Part shown: positions 29,506 through 42,246 of the stretch, in pieces | Position numbering within the stretch: position 1 is the stretch's first letter | Layout: each line of letters opens with the position of its first letter | Source of the DNA: Bacteroidales bacterium | Lineage (GTDB): Bacteria; Bacteroidota; Bacteroidia; Bacteroidales; P3 | Length of the DNA stretch: 64,000 nt | Direction of reading: 5' to 3' | NCBI GenBank assembly: GCA_017551765.1 | Contig: JAFZKV010000019.1 | Location: 14,353-78,352, forward strand | Made by a program: the position numbers and the translations under genes | The notes under the pieces: generated by a model | The model's database searches: none | Seen by the model: only the letters and a program-made list of their open reading frames with translations | What the model was told of the DNA's origin: nothing

Positions 29506-31551
29506 ATGAAACAAAACGTTTTGACAAAATCCTGCTGGGTTTTCTTTTTCATCTTTCACTTTTCGCTTTTCACTTCATCTTTGCAGGCGCAGCATTTCGA
29601 GTGGGCCAAAGGCTATGCCTCCAGCCAGGAGGGCAACCAAATTGTAGGTTCGGTGACCGACAGCGAAGGAAATCTGTATATACTTGGTAGTTTTCGTAAC
29701 GATGCCAGCTGGGACGGCGGTTCGCACCTGCTGCCGATGGCCCCCTACGGTCCTTACACGAATGTATATAATTTGTTGATTGCCAAAATTACCCCCGATG
29801 GCACGATGGCCTGGAAGAAGATAATACACGCCAACAACGGAAAGAGTGCAGCGCCATATGACATTAAGTTGGTAGGTGACTCGGCGTTTACCTGTCTATT
29901 GGATTTTGTTTTACCCTATGAAGGCTATAATTACTGTTATTACCTTGACACATTGCTAACCACGACGAGTGATTACCCGGTACCCAATGGCAACATGTCG
30001 TATGCCTCACGGACAGCATTTATTACTTTTGATTTCGAGGGGCATGTGCTGGAGCAGCATTTCTTGACAATCACCTACCTTGATAATGACGGTAATGATC
30101 TGATGCGGCACCATGCCCCGCCGATAACCCCTTCCGATTGGTATATCAATTCTACAAGCAGTTATCAATCAACATTCGATGTTGATGCCGATGGCAATGT
30201 TTATTTTTGCCGTATAGCCAATGATTTTATAGATCAGACTTATGCTACTTGGCTTGGCACCATCGGAGGAATCAAGTATTGGGTCGACGGCCGTATGGTG
30301 GGACAGATCGAGGTGAGTAACAGACCATTGGGGTGGTACCCGCAACTGCTGAAGTTCTCACCCCACATGGACACACTATTGGCCAGCCGCTATTTAGTGC
30401 AGAGGTGTGATACTAATATTGATTACGAAATAAGGAATCTTTTTTTAAAGTTAGATCGAGAGGGTAATCCGTATTTGATTGGCACATTGAATCAATCTTA
30501 TGGGATTGGAAATAAGATTATTATTGATTCCGTCAAAAGTATTTTTTTTTGTATTTCTTCAGCAAATCCTACCAAAGGTTTTATGGGGATATTTCATGAT
30601 AACTTAGAGGCTATTCAAGGAATCTCATTAGAAGATAGTGTGATTAACCCAAGTAGACAGAATTCATTTTTAACATTTCATGACATCGCTTTTGACAGCA
30701 ATCTGGTTTTTTTAAGCGCCACATCTACTCGAGGCTTTTTACAAGACACTTCTATCTTTTACTCCATTTTACTATGTCAAGGTGTGCCTCTTCTTCAACT
30801 TCGAAACGATGGGTTTATTATGGCTTTTCAAAAGGAGCAAGATACCCTGAATTATATTACATACTTTCATCCTTCTGGGAAATGGGGTTCTTGTTTGAAC
30901 TCTAGTGTACTACCTCATGGAAATCTTGCATGCGGTAATAACCGTGTTATGGTTCAATCTTTTTATACGGGAGGTATCAATTCTCAAAATATTCTATTCT
31001 CAAATTGGTCTAATGTTGGTTTAGGACTCTCTATGTTTGACTACCAAGGACATATTATCCAAGAGATGTCCTATTCGGCTTTTTCGGCTAACAATAACAT
31101 TGGTCCTATTGTATTAATTGATAGCGTCTTGTACATAACAAATAGTTTAGTATCTGATGCCACCTTCGGTGATATACATGTGCCAGCATGGACATCCAAC
31201 GCCTGCGTCGCCAAGTACGTGGATACGGCGTTTATGACGCCCTACGTCTATACGGGCGACACGGGGAATGTGCGCATCGTGGTGGCTGAGGCGGGCACCT
31301 GGGTGAGCTACCCCAACCCCTTCCGCCAGCGCGTGACCATCGAAAGCGACGGGCAGGAGGTGCGCACGGCGTGGCTGACCGACCTCACGGGGCGCCGCGA
31401 GGAGGTGCGTCTACAGGCCGCCGGCCTGGGGCGCTATGTGCTCGACCTCACGGGCCGCCCACAGGCCACCTACCTGCTGACCCTCGTCACCGCCGACGGC
31501 CAGGAGCGCACCCTCCGCCTGCTGAAGCAGCAGGACATGTTCGGCGAGTAG
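29506..31551 (+). CDS. T9SS type A sorting domain-containing secreted protein (function unknown)
   Basis: Signal peptide. C-terminal about 80 aa (YPNPFRQRVTIE...YLLTLVTADGQERTLRLLK) matches the Por/T9SS C-terminal domain pattern. Confidence 0.75.
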   Translation: MKQNVLTKSCWVFFFIFHFSLFTSSLQAQHFEWAKGYASSQEGNQIVGSVTDSEGNLYILGSFRNDASWDGGSHLLPMAPYGPYTNVYNLLIAKITPDGTMAWKKIIHANNGKSAAPYDIKLVGDSAFTCLLDFVLPYEGYNYCYYLDTLLTTTSDYPVPNGNMSYASRTAFITFDFEGHVLEQHFLTITYLDNDGNDLMRHHAPPITPSDWYINSTSSYQSTFDVDADGNVYFCRIANDFIDQTYATWLGTIGGIKYWVDGRMVGQIEVSNRPLGWYPQLLKFSPHMDTLLASRYLVQRCDTNIDYEIRNLFLKLDREGNPYLIGTLNQSYGIGNKIIIDSVKSIFFCISSANPTKGFMGIFHDNLEAIQGISLEDSVINPSRQNSFLTFHDIAFDSNLVFLSATSTRGFLQDTSIFYSILLCQGVPLLQLRNDGFIMAFQKEQDTLNYITYFHPSGKWGSCLNSSVLPHGNLACGNNRVMVQSFYTGGINSQNILFSNWSNVGLGLSMFDYQGHIIQEMSYSAFSANNNIGPIVLIDSVLYITNSLVSDATFGDIHVPAWTSNACVAKYVDTAFMTPYVYTGDTGNVRIVVAEAGTWVSYPNPFRQRVTIESDGQEVRTAWLTDLTGRREEVRLQAAGLGRYVLDLTGRPQATYLLTLVTADGQERTLRLLKQQDMFGE

Positions 31552-31598
31552 GATTTACAAGATTTACAGGATTTCCGCGCAGCGGGGAGCATAAAAAA

Positions 31599-31659
31599 AC
31601 AGGATTTATGGATTACGCCGCAGGCGGGAGATATAAAACAGGCGGGAGAACAAAACGGA
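31599..31659. repeat. 61-bp direct repeat downstream of the T9SS cargo gene
   Basis: See 29316-29377. Confidence 0.9.
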
Positions 31660-31703
31660 ATACCGCCGCAGGCGGGGCGAACACACTCGGGAGTAAAAAT
31701 AAA

Positions 31704-31735
31704 TTTGTGCACCTCGGATATTCTTTGTATATTTG
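31704..31735 (+). promoter_or_regulatory. promoter (TTTG / TAtaTTTG) for dnaX
   Basis: tttg 31704-31707 and tatatttg 31728-31735. Confidence 0.5.
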
Positions 31736-31786
31736 CAAGGTTGATTTTGTGAGGGTGAGGATGATTAACATTTGAAAACTAAACAG

Positions 31787-32890
31787 ATGGATAATTTTGT
31801 AGTATCGGCCAGAAAATACCGTCCCGCCACATTCGCCACCGTGGTGGGTCAGGAGCACATCACGCGCACGTTGAAGAACGCCATCCTGACGGGTCAGCTG
31901 CCCCAGGCCTTCCTCTTCTGCGGCAGCCGCGGGGTGGGCAAGACCACCTGCGCCCGCATCCTGGCCAAGACCATCAACTGTGAGCACCGCACGGCCGACG
32001 GCGAGGCCTGCAACGAGTGCGAGAGTTGCCGCTCGTTCAACGAGGGCGCCTCGATGAACATCTTCGAACTCGACGCCGCCAGCAACAACGGCGTGGACAA
32101 CATGCGCGAGCTGACGCAACAGGTCTATATACCGCCGCAGACGGGCAAGTATAAGGTCTACATCATCGACGAGGTGCACATGCTGAGCACCGGCGCTTTC
32201 AACGCTTTCCTCAAGACGCTGGAGGAGCCGCCCGCCTACGCCAAGTTCATCCTCGCCACGACGGAGAAGAACAAGGTGATACCCACCATCCTGAGCCGCT
32301 GCCAGGTGTTTGACTTCAAGCGCATCGAGGTGCCCGATATTGTGCACCATCTCGAGTATGTGGCCGGCAACGAGGGGGTGAAGTACGAGCCCGAGGCGCT
32401 GGAGCTCATAGCCACCAAGGCCGAGGGCGGTATGCGCGACGCCCTGAGCACCTTCGACCAGCTGGTCAACTTCACGCAGGGTAACCTGACCTATCAGGGC
32501 TGTCTGGAGAACCTCAATGTGCTCGACACCGACTACTACTTCCGTCTGGTGGATCAGCTGCGTGCCGGCGACCTCAGCGGCGCGCTGCTGCTCTATCAGG
32601 AGATTACTACGCGTGGCTTCGGCGGCCAGCATTTTCTCACCGGCCTCTGCGAGCACCTGCGCAACCTGATGGTCAGCCTCGACCCGCAGACGCTCACGCT
32701 GGTGGAGGGCGGCGAGAAGCTGCGCGCCCGCTATGGCCAGCAGGCCCAGCAATGCGGGCTGCCGCTGCTGCTCAACTACCTGGGTACCGCGGGCGATTAC
32801 GAGTACCGCTTCCGCGAGGCCAACAACAAGCGCCTCTTTGTGGAGATAGGCCTGATGAAAATGGCCTCCGCCACGATGCAGGTGGGTTAG
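31787..32890 (+). CDS. dnaX: DNA polymerase III subunit gamma/tau, N-terminal (gamma-like) reading frame ending at an in-frame TAG
   Basis: Walker A GSRGVGKTT, Zn module CNECESC, DEVHML and the SRC motif (ILSRCQVF). Stop TAG at 32888-32890. Confidence 0.88.
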   Translation: MDNFVVSARKYRPATFATVVGQEHITRTLKNAILTGQLPQAFLFCGSRGVGKTTCARILAKTINCEHRTADGEACNECESCRSFNEGASMNIFELDAASNNGVDNMRELTQQVYIPPQTGKYKVYIIDEVHMLSTGAFNAFLKTLEEPPAYAKFILATTEKNKVIPTILSRCQVFDFKRIEVPDIVHHLEYVAGNEGVKYEPEALELIATKAEGGMRDALSTFDQLVNFTQGNLTYQGCLENLNVLDTDYYFRLVDQLRAGDLSGALLLYQEITTRGFGGQHFLTGLCEHLRNLMVSLDPQTLTLVEGGEKLRARYGQQAQQCGLPLLLNYLGTAGDYEYRFREANNKRLFVEIGLMKMASATMQVG

Positions 32891-32929
32891 ATAGCAAGAC
32901 GCCCCGCAAGGGCAGGCACGGATAAAGAG

Positions 32930-33025
32930 TCGCCGGTAGCCGGTAGTCAGTCGCCGGTAGCCGGTAGTCAGTTGCCGGTAGCCGGTAGTCAGTTGCCGGT
33001 AGCTGGTAGTCAGTCGCCGGTAGTG
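32930..33025. repeat. 21-bp tandem repeat, 4.5 copies, in the dnaX frame
   Basis: The unit tcgccggtagccggtagtcag is read as (S/L)PVAGSQ. It is followed at 33026-33100 by the complementary CCGACTACCG word family. Confidence 0.85.
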
Positions 33026-33525
33026 CCACCGACTACCGACCACCAACCCCCGACCCCCGACCACCGACTACTGACTACCGACCCCCGACCCCCGACCACC
33101 TTCCTCTCAGGTTCGCTGAGCATCGGCTCGGTCAAGCCGGTGCAGGTGGAAACACCGAAGGTGCAGGCCGAGGTGAAGCCCTTGACGCAGGAGGACCTGG
33201 AGCGCTATTGGCGCGAAGTGGGCGAGGAGTTGAACCTGGCGGCGTTGCTGTCCAAGGCCACCGTGCGCCTCGGAGAACAGCCCGGTCGCATCGAGATTGA
33301 CGCGCAGACGACCTACTTCCACGACGACTTCAAGCCCCACAAGATCGATGTCGTCGAGCGGCTGCGCAAGAAGAGTTCCATGCCGATGCTCGACGCCAAG
33401 GTGAACCCCAAGTTTGTGGAGAGCGAAGAGGTGATTTATTCGCCCAATGACAAATACAATGCGATGCTGAAAATCAACCCCAAGTTGATTGAACTGCGCA
33501 AACTGTTCCCTTCAATTGATTACTG

Positions 33526-33526
<1 letters not shown>
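32972..33526 (+). CDS. dnaX: DnaX (tau) C-terminal domain ORF, same frame as 31787-32890
   Basis: The frame is open from 32891. The first start-like codon is TTG 32972, inside the repeat. The C-terminal ...YFHDDFKPHKIDVVERLRKK...KINPKLIELRKLF is consistent with a DnaX tail. An independent start is doubtful. Confidence 0.55.
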
Positions 33527-37414
<3,888 letters not shown>

Positions 37415-37431
37415 AAAAGAGAGGCTGACGT

Positions 37432-40080
37432 TCAATCGCCAGCCTCTTTCAGTACTTGGTCCACGATAGCCTGTTTCCACGGACTGCTGGTGTCGAACAG
37501 TTCGTTGAACGGACGGCTAAGCATTTCAATCAGCAGGTGCGTGTTGTCTTGATGCTCGATGGCTTCCAGGTGGGTGGTTATCAACTTCCAATCGTGTGTG
37601 GAACGCAGCAAGGGAATGAAGTTGGTGAGGTCGAAATTGCGCAGCACCATATTGTCTATGCCGTCGGTCTCGATGCGCGAGTGCGCGCGTGCCAACTTGA
37701 TTTCACCCACTTCCTGCAACACCTGTATGTATTTCTCGTAGAGCACATATTCGTTGAGCAGGAACGCCACCATAGCGTCGGAGATGCTGTTCCACATGGC
37801 CACAGGGAGGGGCCGTGCAATGAAGCGGCCAATCATAAAGCTGCCTGCCGTGAGTCCTGAGATGCCGCGATGGATGCAGGTGGCGTGGATGCGTCTGAAG
37901 AACTCCACCTTGTTGGAGGTGCGCAGCAGGTTGAACAGGCGGCTCTGGTCATTGTGGTCACCCATACGGCTTTGCAGCACGCCGTCGACATAGTCGTCGG
38001 GGTGCGACTCAAACCAATTGTTCACTATGCTGGCGGCTTTCTTGGGCTCGTCTTTCATGTCGCAACGAATGAGGCGCGCCAACTTGTTGATGTCGGTGAT
38101 GTAGGTGGCCTGCTGCTCGCTGACGATGCTCTGGTACTGCTGATAGGCCGTTTTCATCTCCTCGAAGAAGGTCTTTTCCTCATCGGTAAGCTCCACGTTG
38201 AGTCCTTGCAGGTACTTGGTGAAGCGTGCCGGACGGAAAGCGGCCTGCCCTTTGTAGAGGCTTTGACGGCGCGAACTGACGGTAATCATCTCGTCCTCAT
38301 TGATGCGCACGCCGTCAGCGTTGACGATGCTGTGGTCTTCCAACTGCACACCGTAGGACTTGAGGTCCATAAAGGCCGGTATGCCGTAGCCGCGACAGGC
38401 AGTAACCACATGGATGGCGGCAGGCATGATAGAGAGGATGGCATCCACCTCGTTGAGGGTGATGGTGTCTTCGGGCACGAAATGCTGTTGGCAGAGGCAC
38501 ACATTCTGCCCTTTCGACTTCCATTCTCGCGCTTTGGCCACCGAGAAGCACAGACGGGCCGAGATGGCGGTGCGTGGCAGCACGCTGAGGCCGTGGGCAA
38601 AGAACTGCAGTTTGGGAATGGAGCGGTCGTCGATTGAGGAGGAGACTATCTGGCGCAGGTGGTAGGGTTTGATTAGGTCCATCACCTGCTCGTCCTCTAT
38701 CAATCCTTCGTTGCGCAGAGCGGTGGCCGACACCAAGGCGGCGCGGCCTGTCATCTCCGATGCATTGAGTTGTAGCACCGAGAAAAGACTTACCTCGTGT
38801 GGACGGGTCTCCACCGCAAACTCGATGGTGACAGGTGTCTTGTAGCGTCCTTCAAGCTTCTTCAGCAGGGGGTCGAAGTGATAGACGGCGGGGAACTGAC
38901 GGCGTATCTCGTTGCGGTCGCGGTAGGCCAGGTCTTCAGTGGTCACGTCGCCGGTCATAATCTCCTCGCCGAAGATGTTGCGGTAACTCTCCACCTGCTT
39001 GCCCACGCCGGTACGCGAGTGGCGGCTGTAGAGCACGCCTGGGTAGCTCTCGTTGTTGCCGATGGTCCATACCATGCGTTGCAGGATGAAGCTGGGATAG
39101 GCCTGCTTGCCCTGCATGAAGGTGAGTATCAGGTCGGAGTTGTCTTCGTAGAAACGGCGCACATGCAATATCAACTGTAGCGCCTGGTAGTGGGCATCTT
39201 CCAGCAGGCGTGCATCCACGTTCCCAATACGCTGCTCCAGGTCGTGTATGCGTTCACTCTGTGCTTCGGTGGTCAGGCTGACGTCCGAGCGCTGATAGCG
39301 GTGCTCGATGCCCAGCATCTCGGCAATGGAGTGCAGGGTGCTGAGGTAGACACGGTTGGCCATGCTGGCAGCATACATCTGCCGCAGGGCTTCGTAGGCG
39401 GTGCGCGTGACGCCGATGTTCAGCAGTGTAGGCATCAGGCCGGGAATGTACTGCGGCATGGCGCAACGGATGGCAAAGACCAGCGGGTTGTGGCTGTCGC
39501 CCAGACGGCAGTTGGTCATGGTCTCCAGGTTGCTGATGGCCGCCTCCACCACCTTGGGCATCATCTCGGGATGGTTGAACAACTTCGAGGTAAGGATGCA
39601 GAAGTCGGGAACAGGGTAGCAGTTTTTGGTCAGGTCCAGCAGCATGCGCCCTTTATAGCTGATGCTTTCGTCGGTGAAGTCCCCCTCGGAGAGGGTGGTG
39701 ATGAGGTGTTCGTTCTCCACCAGCGGATGCGCCGCGATGTATTGACGGCACTCCTCGCGGAACGCCTCGCGAATGGCAATCAACTCGGCGATGGCCTCGC
39801 CCTCGTGCTCGCGCAGCAGCATCTCAATGTAATGCTGGCGTTCACGCACCGTTGAGCGCAACAGGCAGTACATATCGTACCAACGTGGCGGGAACTCGCG
39901 CACGGTCTCCTTGCTGTCGCCTTCCAGGCGATAGATGACGGTGCCGGGCTTGTTGCCCTCCAGCCGGTTCTCGGGGTCCTCGCTGTCGTGGTTGAACACC
40001 TCCTCACCCTCGCGGGCAAAGAGGTTCACCATGAAGAAGTTCGGATAGCTGGCGCGTATGCGGAAACTGCTTACCTTCAT
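37432..40080 (-). CDS. PPDK-like protein (degenerate nucleotide-binding and phospho-His swivel domains, novel C-terminal domain)
   Basis: PLVFAIRCAMPQYIPGLMPTLLNIG aligns to the PPDK motif PLLVSVRSGA..SMPGMMDT.LNLG. AAIHVVTACRGYGIPAF aligns to TSHAAVVARGMGKPCV. No GLCRTEH-type TIM-barrel motifs are present. Confidence 0.65.
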   Translation of the reverse strand: MKVSSFRIRASYPNFFMVNLFAREGEEVFNHDSEDPENRLEGNKPGTVIYRLEGDSKETVREFPPRWYDMYCLLRSTVRERQHYIEMLLREHEGEAIAELIAIREAFREECRQYIAAHPLVENEHLITTLSEGDFTDESISYKGRMLLDLTKNCYPVPDFCILTSKLFNHPEMMPKVVEAAISNLETMTNCRLGDSHNPLVFAIRCAMPQYIPGLMPTLLNIGVTRTAYEALRQMYAASMANRVYLSTLHSIAEMLGIEHRYQRSDVSLTTEAQSERIHDLEQRIGNVDARLLEDAHYQALQLILHVRRFYEDNSDLILTFMQGKQAYPSFILQRMVWTIGNNESYPGVLYSRHSRTGVGKQVESYRNIFGEEIMTGDVTTEDLAYRDRNEIRRQFPAVYHFDPLLKKLEGRYKTPVTIEFAVETRPHEVSLFSVLQLNASEMTGRAALVSATALRNEGLIEDEQVMDLIKPYHLRQIVSSSIDDRSIPKLQFFAHGLSVLPRTAISARLCFSVAKAREWKSKGQNVCLCQQHFVPEDTITLNEVDAILSIMPAAIHVVTACRGYGIPAFMDLKSYGVQLEDHSIVNADGVRINEDEMITVSSRRQSLYKGQAAFRPARFTKYLQGLNVELTDEEKTFFEEMKTAYQQYQSIVSEQQATYITDINKLARLIRCDMKDEPKKAASIVNNWFESHPDDYVDGVLQSRMGDHNDQSRLFNLLRTSNKVEFFRRIHATCIHRGISGLTAGSFMIGRFIARPLPVAMWNSISDAMVAFLLNEYVLYEKYIQVLQEVGEIKLARAHSRIETDGIDNMVLRNFDLTNFIPLLRSTHDWKLITTHLEAIEHQDNTHLLIEMLSRPFNELFDTSSPWKQAIVDQVLKEAGD

Positions 40081-40593
40081 TTACTGCTCTTGGGCGGCGT
40101 TGTTCATGATGGCCTCAAACATCTCCTCGGCGGTCATGCCGATGTAGGGCAGGGTCTTGCGCGTGTCGGGGGCCAGGTAGTGCTCGGGGTAGTTGTCCAC
40201 GAAGTAGGTGTAGGCCTCGCGCGCCTGGTCGAACTGTTCAGCCGTCTCGTAGGCATAGCCCTTCAGGAACCAGCAACCACCCATATCCTCGAAGCCAGGG
40301 TAGAGCGTGATGACGCTGTCCAGCAGCTGCACAGCCTGCTCGGGCAGGCCGACGCTGATGCTGGCATCGGCGGCACGCATCAAGTACACGGGTGCCAGGC
40401 TGTCATTGGGAAAGTCGTGGGCGAAGGTGCGGTAGAGGTCTATCATCTCGTGAAACTCGCTGTCCTCGGTGCTCATCTCCAGCATCGAGAGCTGCTGCTC
40501 GTGTTCGGCGATGGCTTTCAGTTGTTTCTCGCGGTTGGGGCCGCAGGAGGCCAAAAGGCCGATGCCCAGAAGGCAAATCAATATGCGTTTCAT
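40081..40593 (-). CDS. TPR-like lipoprotein
   Basis: MKRILICLLGIGLLASC lipobox and helical repeat sequence. I chose the start at 40593 instead of the Arg-rich 40791 extension. Confidence 0.65.
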   Translation of the reverse strand: MKRILICLLGIGLLASCGPNREKQLKAIAEHEQQLSMLEMSTEDSEFHEMIDLYRTFAHDFPNDSLAPVYLMRAADASISVGLPEQAVQLLDSVITLYPGFEDMGGCWFLKGYAYETAEQFDQAREAYTYFVDNYPEHYLAPDTRKTLPYIGMTAEEMFEAIMNNAAQEQ

Positions 40594-40601
40594 GTTCTGC
40601 G

Positions 40602-41162
40602 TTATTTGTTTCGTTTCATTTTGTATTTTGTCTGTATGCGGCCGGCGGCAATGTCGTTCAGGCGGCGCTTGAGCATCGTGCGGCGCAGGTTGCTCAAGCG
40701 GTCGGTGAACACCTTGCCGTCCAGGTGGTCCACCTCGTGCTGCACCACGCGCGCATAGAGCCCATTGGCCTCGTCGGTGTGCTCCACCCAATCCTCGTCG
40801 TAGTAGCGCACCACCACGCTCTCGGGACGCAGCACGTCCTCGTGGATGTCGGGCACGCTCAGGCAGCCTTCGTTGAAGAACTTCTTCTCGCCCTTGAACT
40901 CCAGTATCTCGGGGTTGATGAGCGTGTGCTGCTCGGTCACCTCGCCATAGGTGTCGGTCTTCTCGTCGTAGGGGCGGAAGCCAATCACCACCACACGTAT
41001 CGGCAGGTCCACCTGCGGCGCCGCCAGGCCCACGCCGTCGGCGGCATACATTGTTTCGTACATGTTGGCCACCAGCTCCTTCAGGTTGGGGTAGCTCTTG
41101 TCTATCGGTTGCGATGTTTTTCTCAGGGTCGGGTGTCCATAACCCACAATTGGAAGTATCAT
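40602..41162 (-). CDS. def: peptide deformylase
   Basis: GVGLAAPQV, EGCLSVP and HEVDHL motifs. Confidence 0.93.
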   Translation of the reverse strand: MILPIVGYGHPTLRKTSQPIDKSYPNLKELVANMYETMYAADGVGLAAPQVDLPIRVVVIGFRPYDEKTDTYGEVTEQHTLINPEILEFKGEKKFFNEGCLSVPDIHEDVLRPESVVVRYYDEDWVEHTDEANGLYARVVQHEVDHLDGKVFTDRLSNLRRTMLKRRLNDIAAGRIQTKYKMKRNK

Positions 41163-41171
41163 AATCTTATA

Positions 41172-41199
41172 AGTGAAAAATGAAAAGTGAAAAGCGAAA
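41172..41199. repeat. inverted arm (GAAAAGTGAAA family) flanking four-helix-bundle gene 2
   Basis: agtgaaaaatgaaaagtgaaaagcgaaa is complementary to 41606-41644. Confidence 0.7.
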
Positions 41200-41227
41200 C
41201 ATCTGTTTATCTTTCACTTTTGTTCTG

Positions 41228-41590
41228 TTATTGTTGATTTATTTTTGTTTTGTGTTTCTTGACTAAAGTTGTCAGCATTGCAATCAGTTCTTTTACATCG
41301 TTATCAAGGGATACATATTCTTGTTGGTTAATGTAGGATGTTCTTTGTAGCAGGTCAAGCCAATAGTGGGTCTCGTCGGCCTCTTTAAGAGCAATGGATA
41401 ACTTGTTCACATAGTCGGGAGTGCTTTGTGCATTGTTGCTTTCGCTGATATTTGCACCTATACTTGTTCCGCTTCTCAGCAATTGTTTGCTTATTACATA
41501 TTCGCCTCTTTCGCTGGATAGAGTCTTGTATAGTGACACACATCGAACTGCAAAACATATTCCCTTTTCATATAAGAGCTCGTTAGCCAT
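41228..41590 (-). CDS. four-helix-bundle protein (23S rRNA intervening-sequence protein / Avd-like family), paralog 2
   Basis: 120 aa. SKQLLRSGTSIGANISES and LSIALKEADETHYWLDLL motifs. AT-rich. Roughly half the residues are identical to the 3348-3716 product by eye. Confidence 0.85.
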   Translation of the reverse strand: MANELLYEKGICFAVRCVSLYKTLSSERGEYVISKQLLRSGTSIGANISESNNAQSTPDYVNKLSIALKEADETHYWLDLLQRTSYINQQEYVSLDNDVKELIAMLTTLVKKHKTKINQQ

Positions 41591-41605
41591 GATAATAATT
41601 TATAG

Positions 41606-41644
41606 TTTCACTTTTCACTTTTCCCTTTTCACTTTTCCCTTTTC
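41606..41644. repeat. inverted arm flanking four-helix-bundle gene 2
   Basis: tttcacttttcacttttcccttttcacttttcccttttc also encodes the last residues (KREK) and the stop codon of ruvX. Confidence 0.7.
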
Positions 41645-42042
41645 AAGAAGTCTTGCAGCATGATCGTGGCCGCTATCTGGTCCACCATGCCCTTGTTGCG
41701 GCGGTCTTTCTTCTTCAGGCCGCTGTCGATCATCGTCTGGAAGGCCATTTTCGACGTGAAGCGCTCGTCGATGCGCGCCACCTCCTTGTCGGGGAACGTC
41801 TTGCGCAGTTCGGCCACAAAGGGCTCGATATACTGCATCGACTCGCTGGGGCTGCCGTCCATCCGCTTGGCCTCGCCCACCACGAAGAGGTCCACCTCCT
41901 CGCGCGCGCAATAGTCTTTAAGATAGGGCAGCAGGGCAGGGGTCTCCACCGTCGTCAGGGCGGTGGCAATAATGCGCACGGGGTCGGTCACCGCCAACCC
42001 CGTGCGCACTTTTCCGTAGTCTATGGCCATTATTCGTCCCAT
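41629..42042 (-). CDS. ruvX: Holliday junction resolvase RuvX (YqgF family)
   Basis: MGRIMAIDYGKVRTGLAVTD start. The longer ORF would overlap the tRNA. Confidence 0.88.
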   Translation of the reverse strand: MGRIMAIDYGKVRTGLAVTDPVRIIATALTTVETPALLPYLKDYCAREEVDLFVVGEAKRMDGSPSESMQYIEPFVAELRKTFPDKEVARIDERFTSKMAFQTMIDSGLKKKDRRNKGMVDQIAATIMLQDFLKREK

Positions 42043-42060
42043 GACCTTTTTCCATTTTTG

Positions 42061-42134
42061 TGGCCCCTCTCGGGTTCGAACCAAGGACCCGCTGATTATG
42101 AGTCAGCTGCTCTAACCAACTGAGCTAAGGGGCC
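42061..42134 (-). tRNA. tRNA with CAT anticodon (elongator Met or lysidine-dependent Ile2)
   Basis: A manual cloverleaf fits: acceptor GGCCCCT/AGGGGCC, D arm GCTC..GAGC, anticodon stem GCTGA/TCAGC with loop CTCATAA, T arm CTTGG-TTCGAAC-CCGAG. CCA is not encoded. Confidence 0.88.
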
Positions 42135-42246
42135 ATAGCCGTCTTTGGCGGCTATTTTGATGCCATAAAATCGGATGCAAAGATACGGCTTTTTTTTCAA
42201 TTGGTAAAAAAAAGTTGCAAACAGCATCGCAATGAGTCCTGTGTTT

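Noticed and set aside
40594-40791. The longer start for the TPR lipoprotein gene. Likewise 42043-42084 for ruvX, 63370-63483 for the AGCS gene and 6137-6160 for the lipoprotein gene.
   Set aside because: The extensions overlap the def coding region, the tRNA or promoter boxes, and lack signal-peptide logic. Internal ATGs give canonical N-termini.
42136-42159. The hairpin atagccg-tctttgg-cggctat followed by TTTT, next to the tRNA 5' end, was considered as a terminator.
   Set aside because: The T-run is on the plus strand, where no upstream plus-strand gene exists. On the minus strand it lies in the tRNA leader. Its function is ambiguous, so I did not call it.
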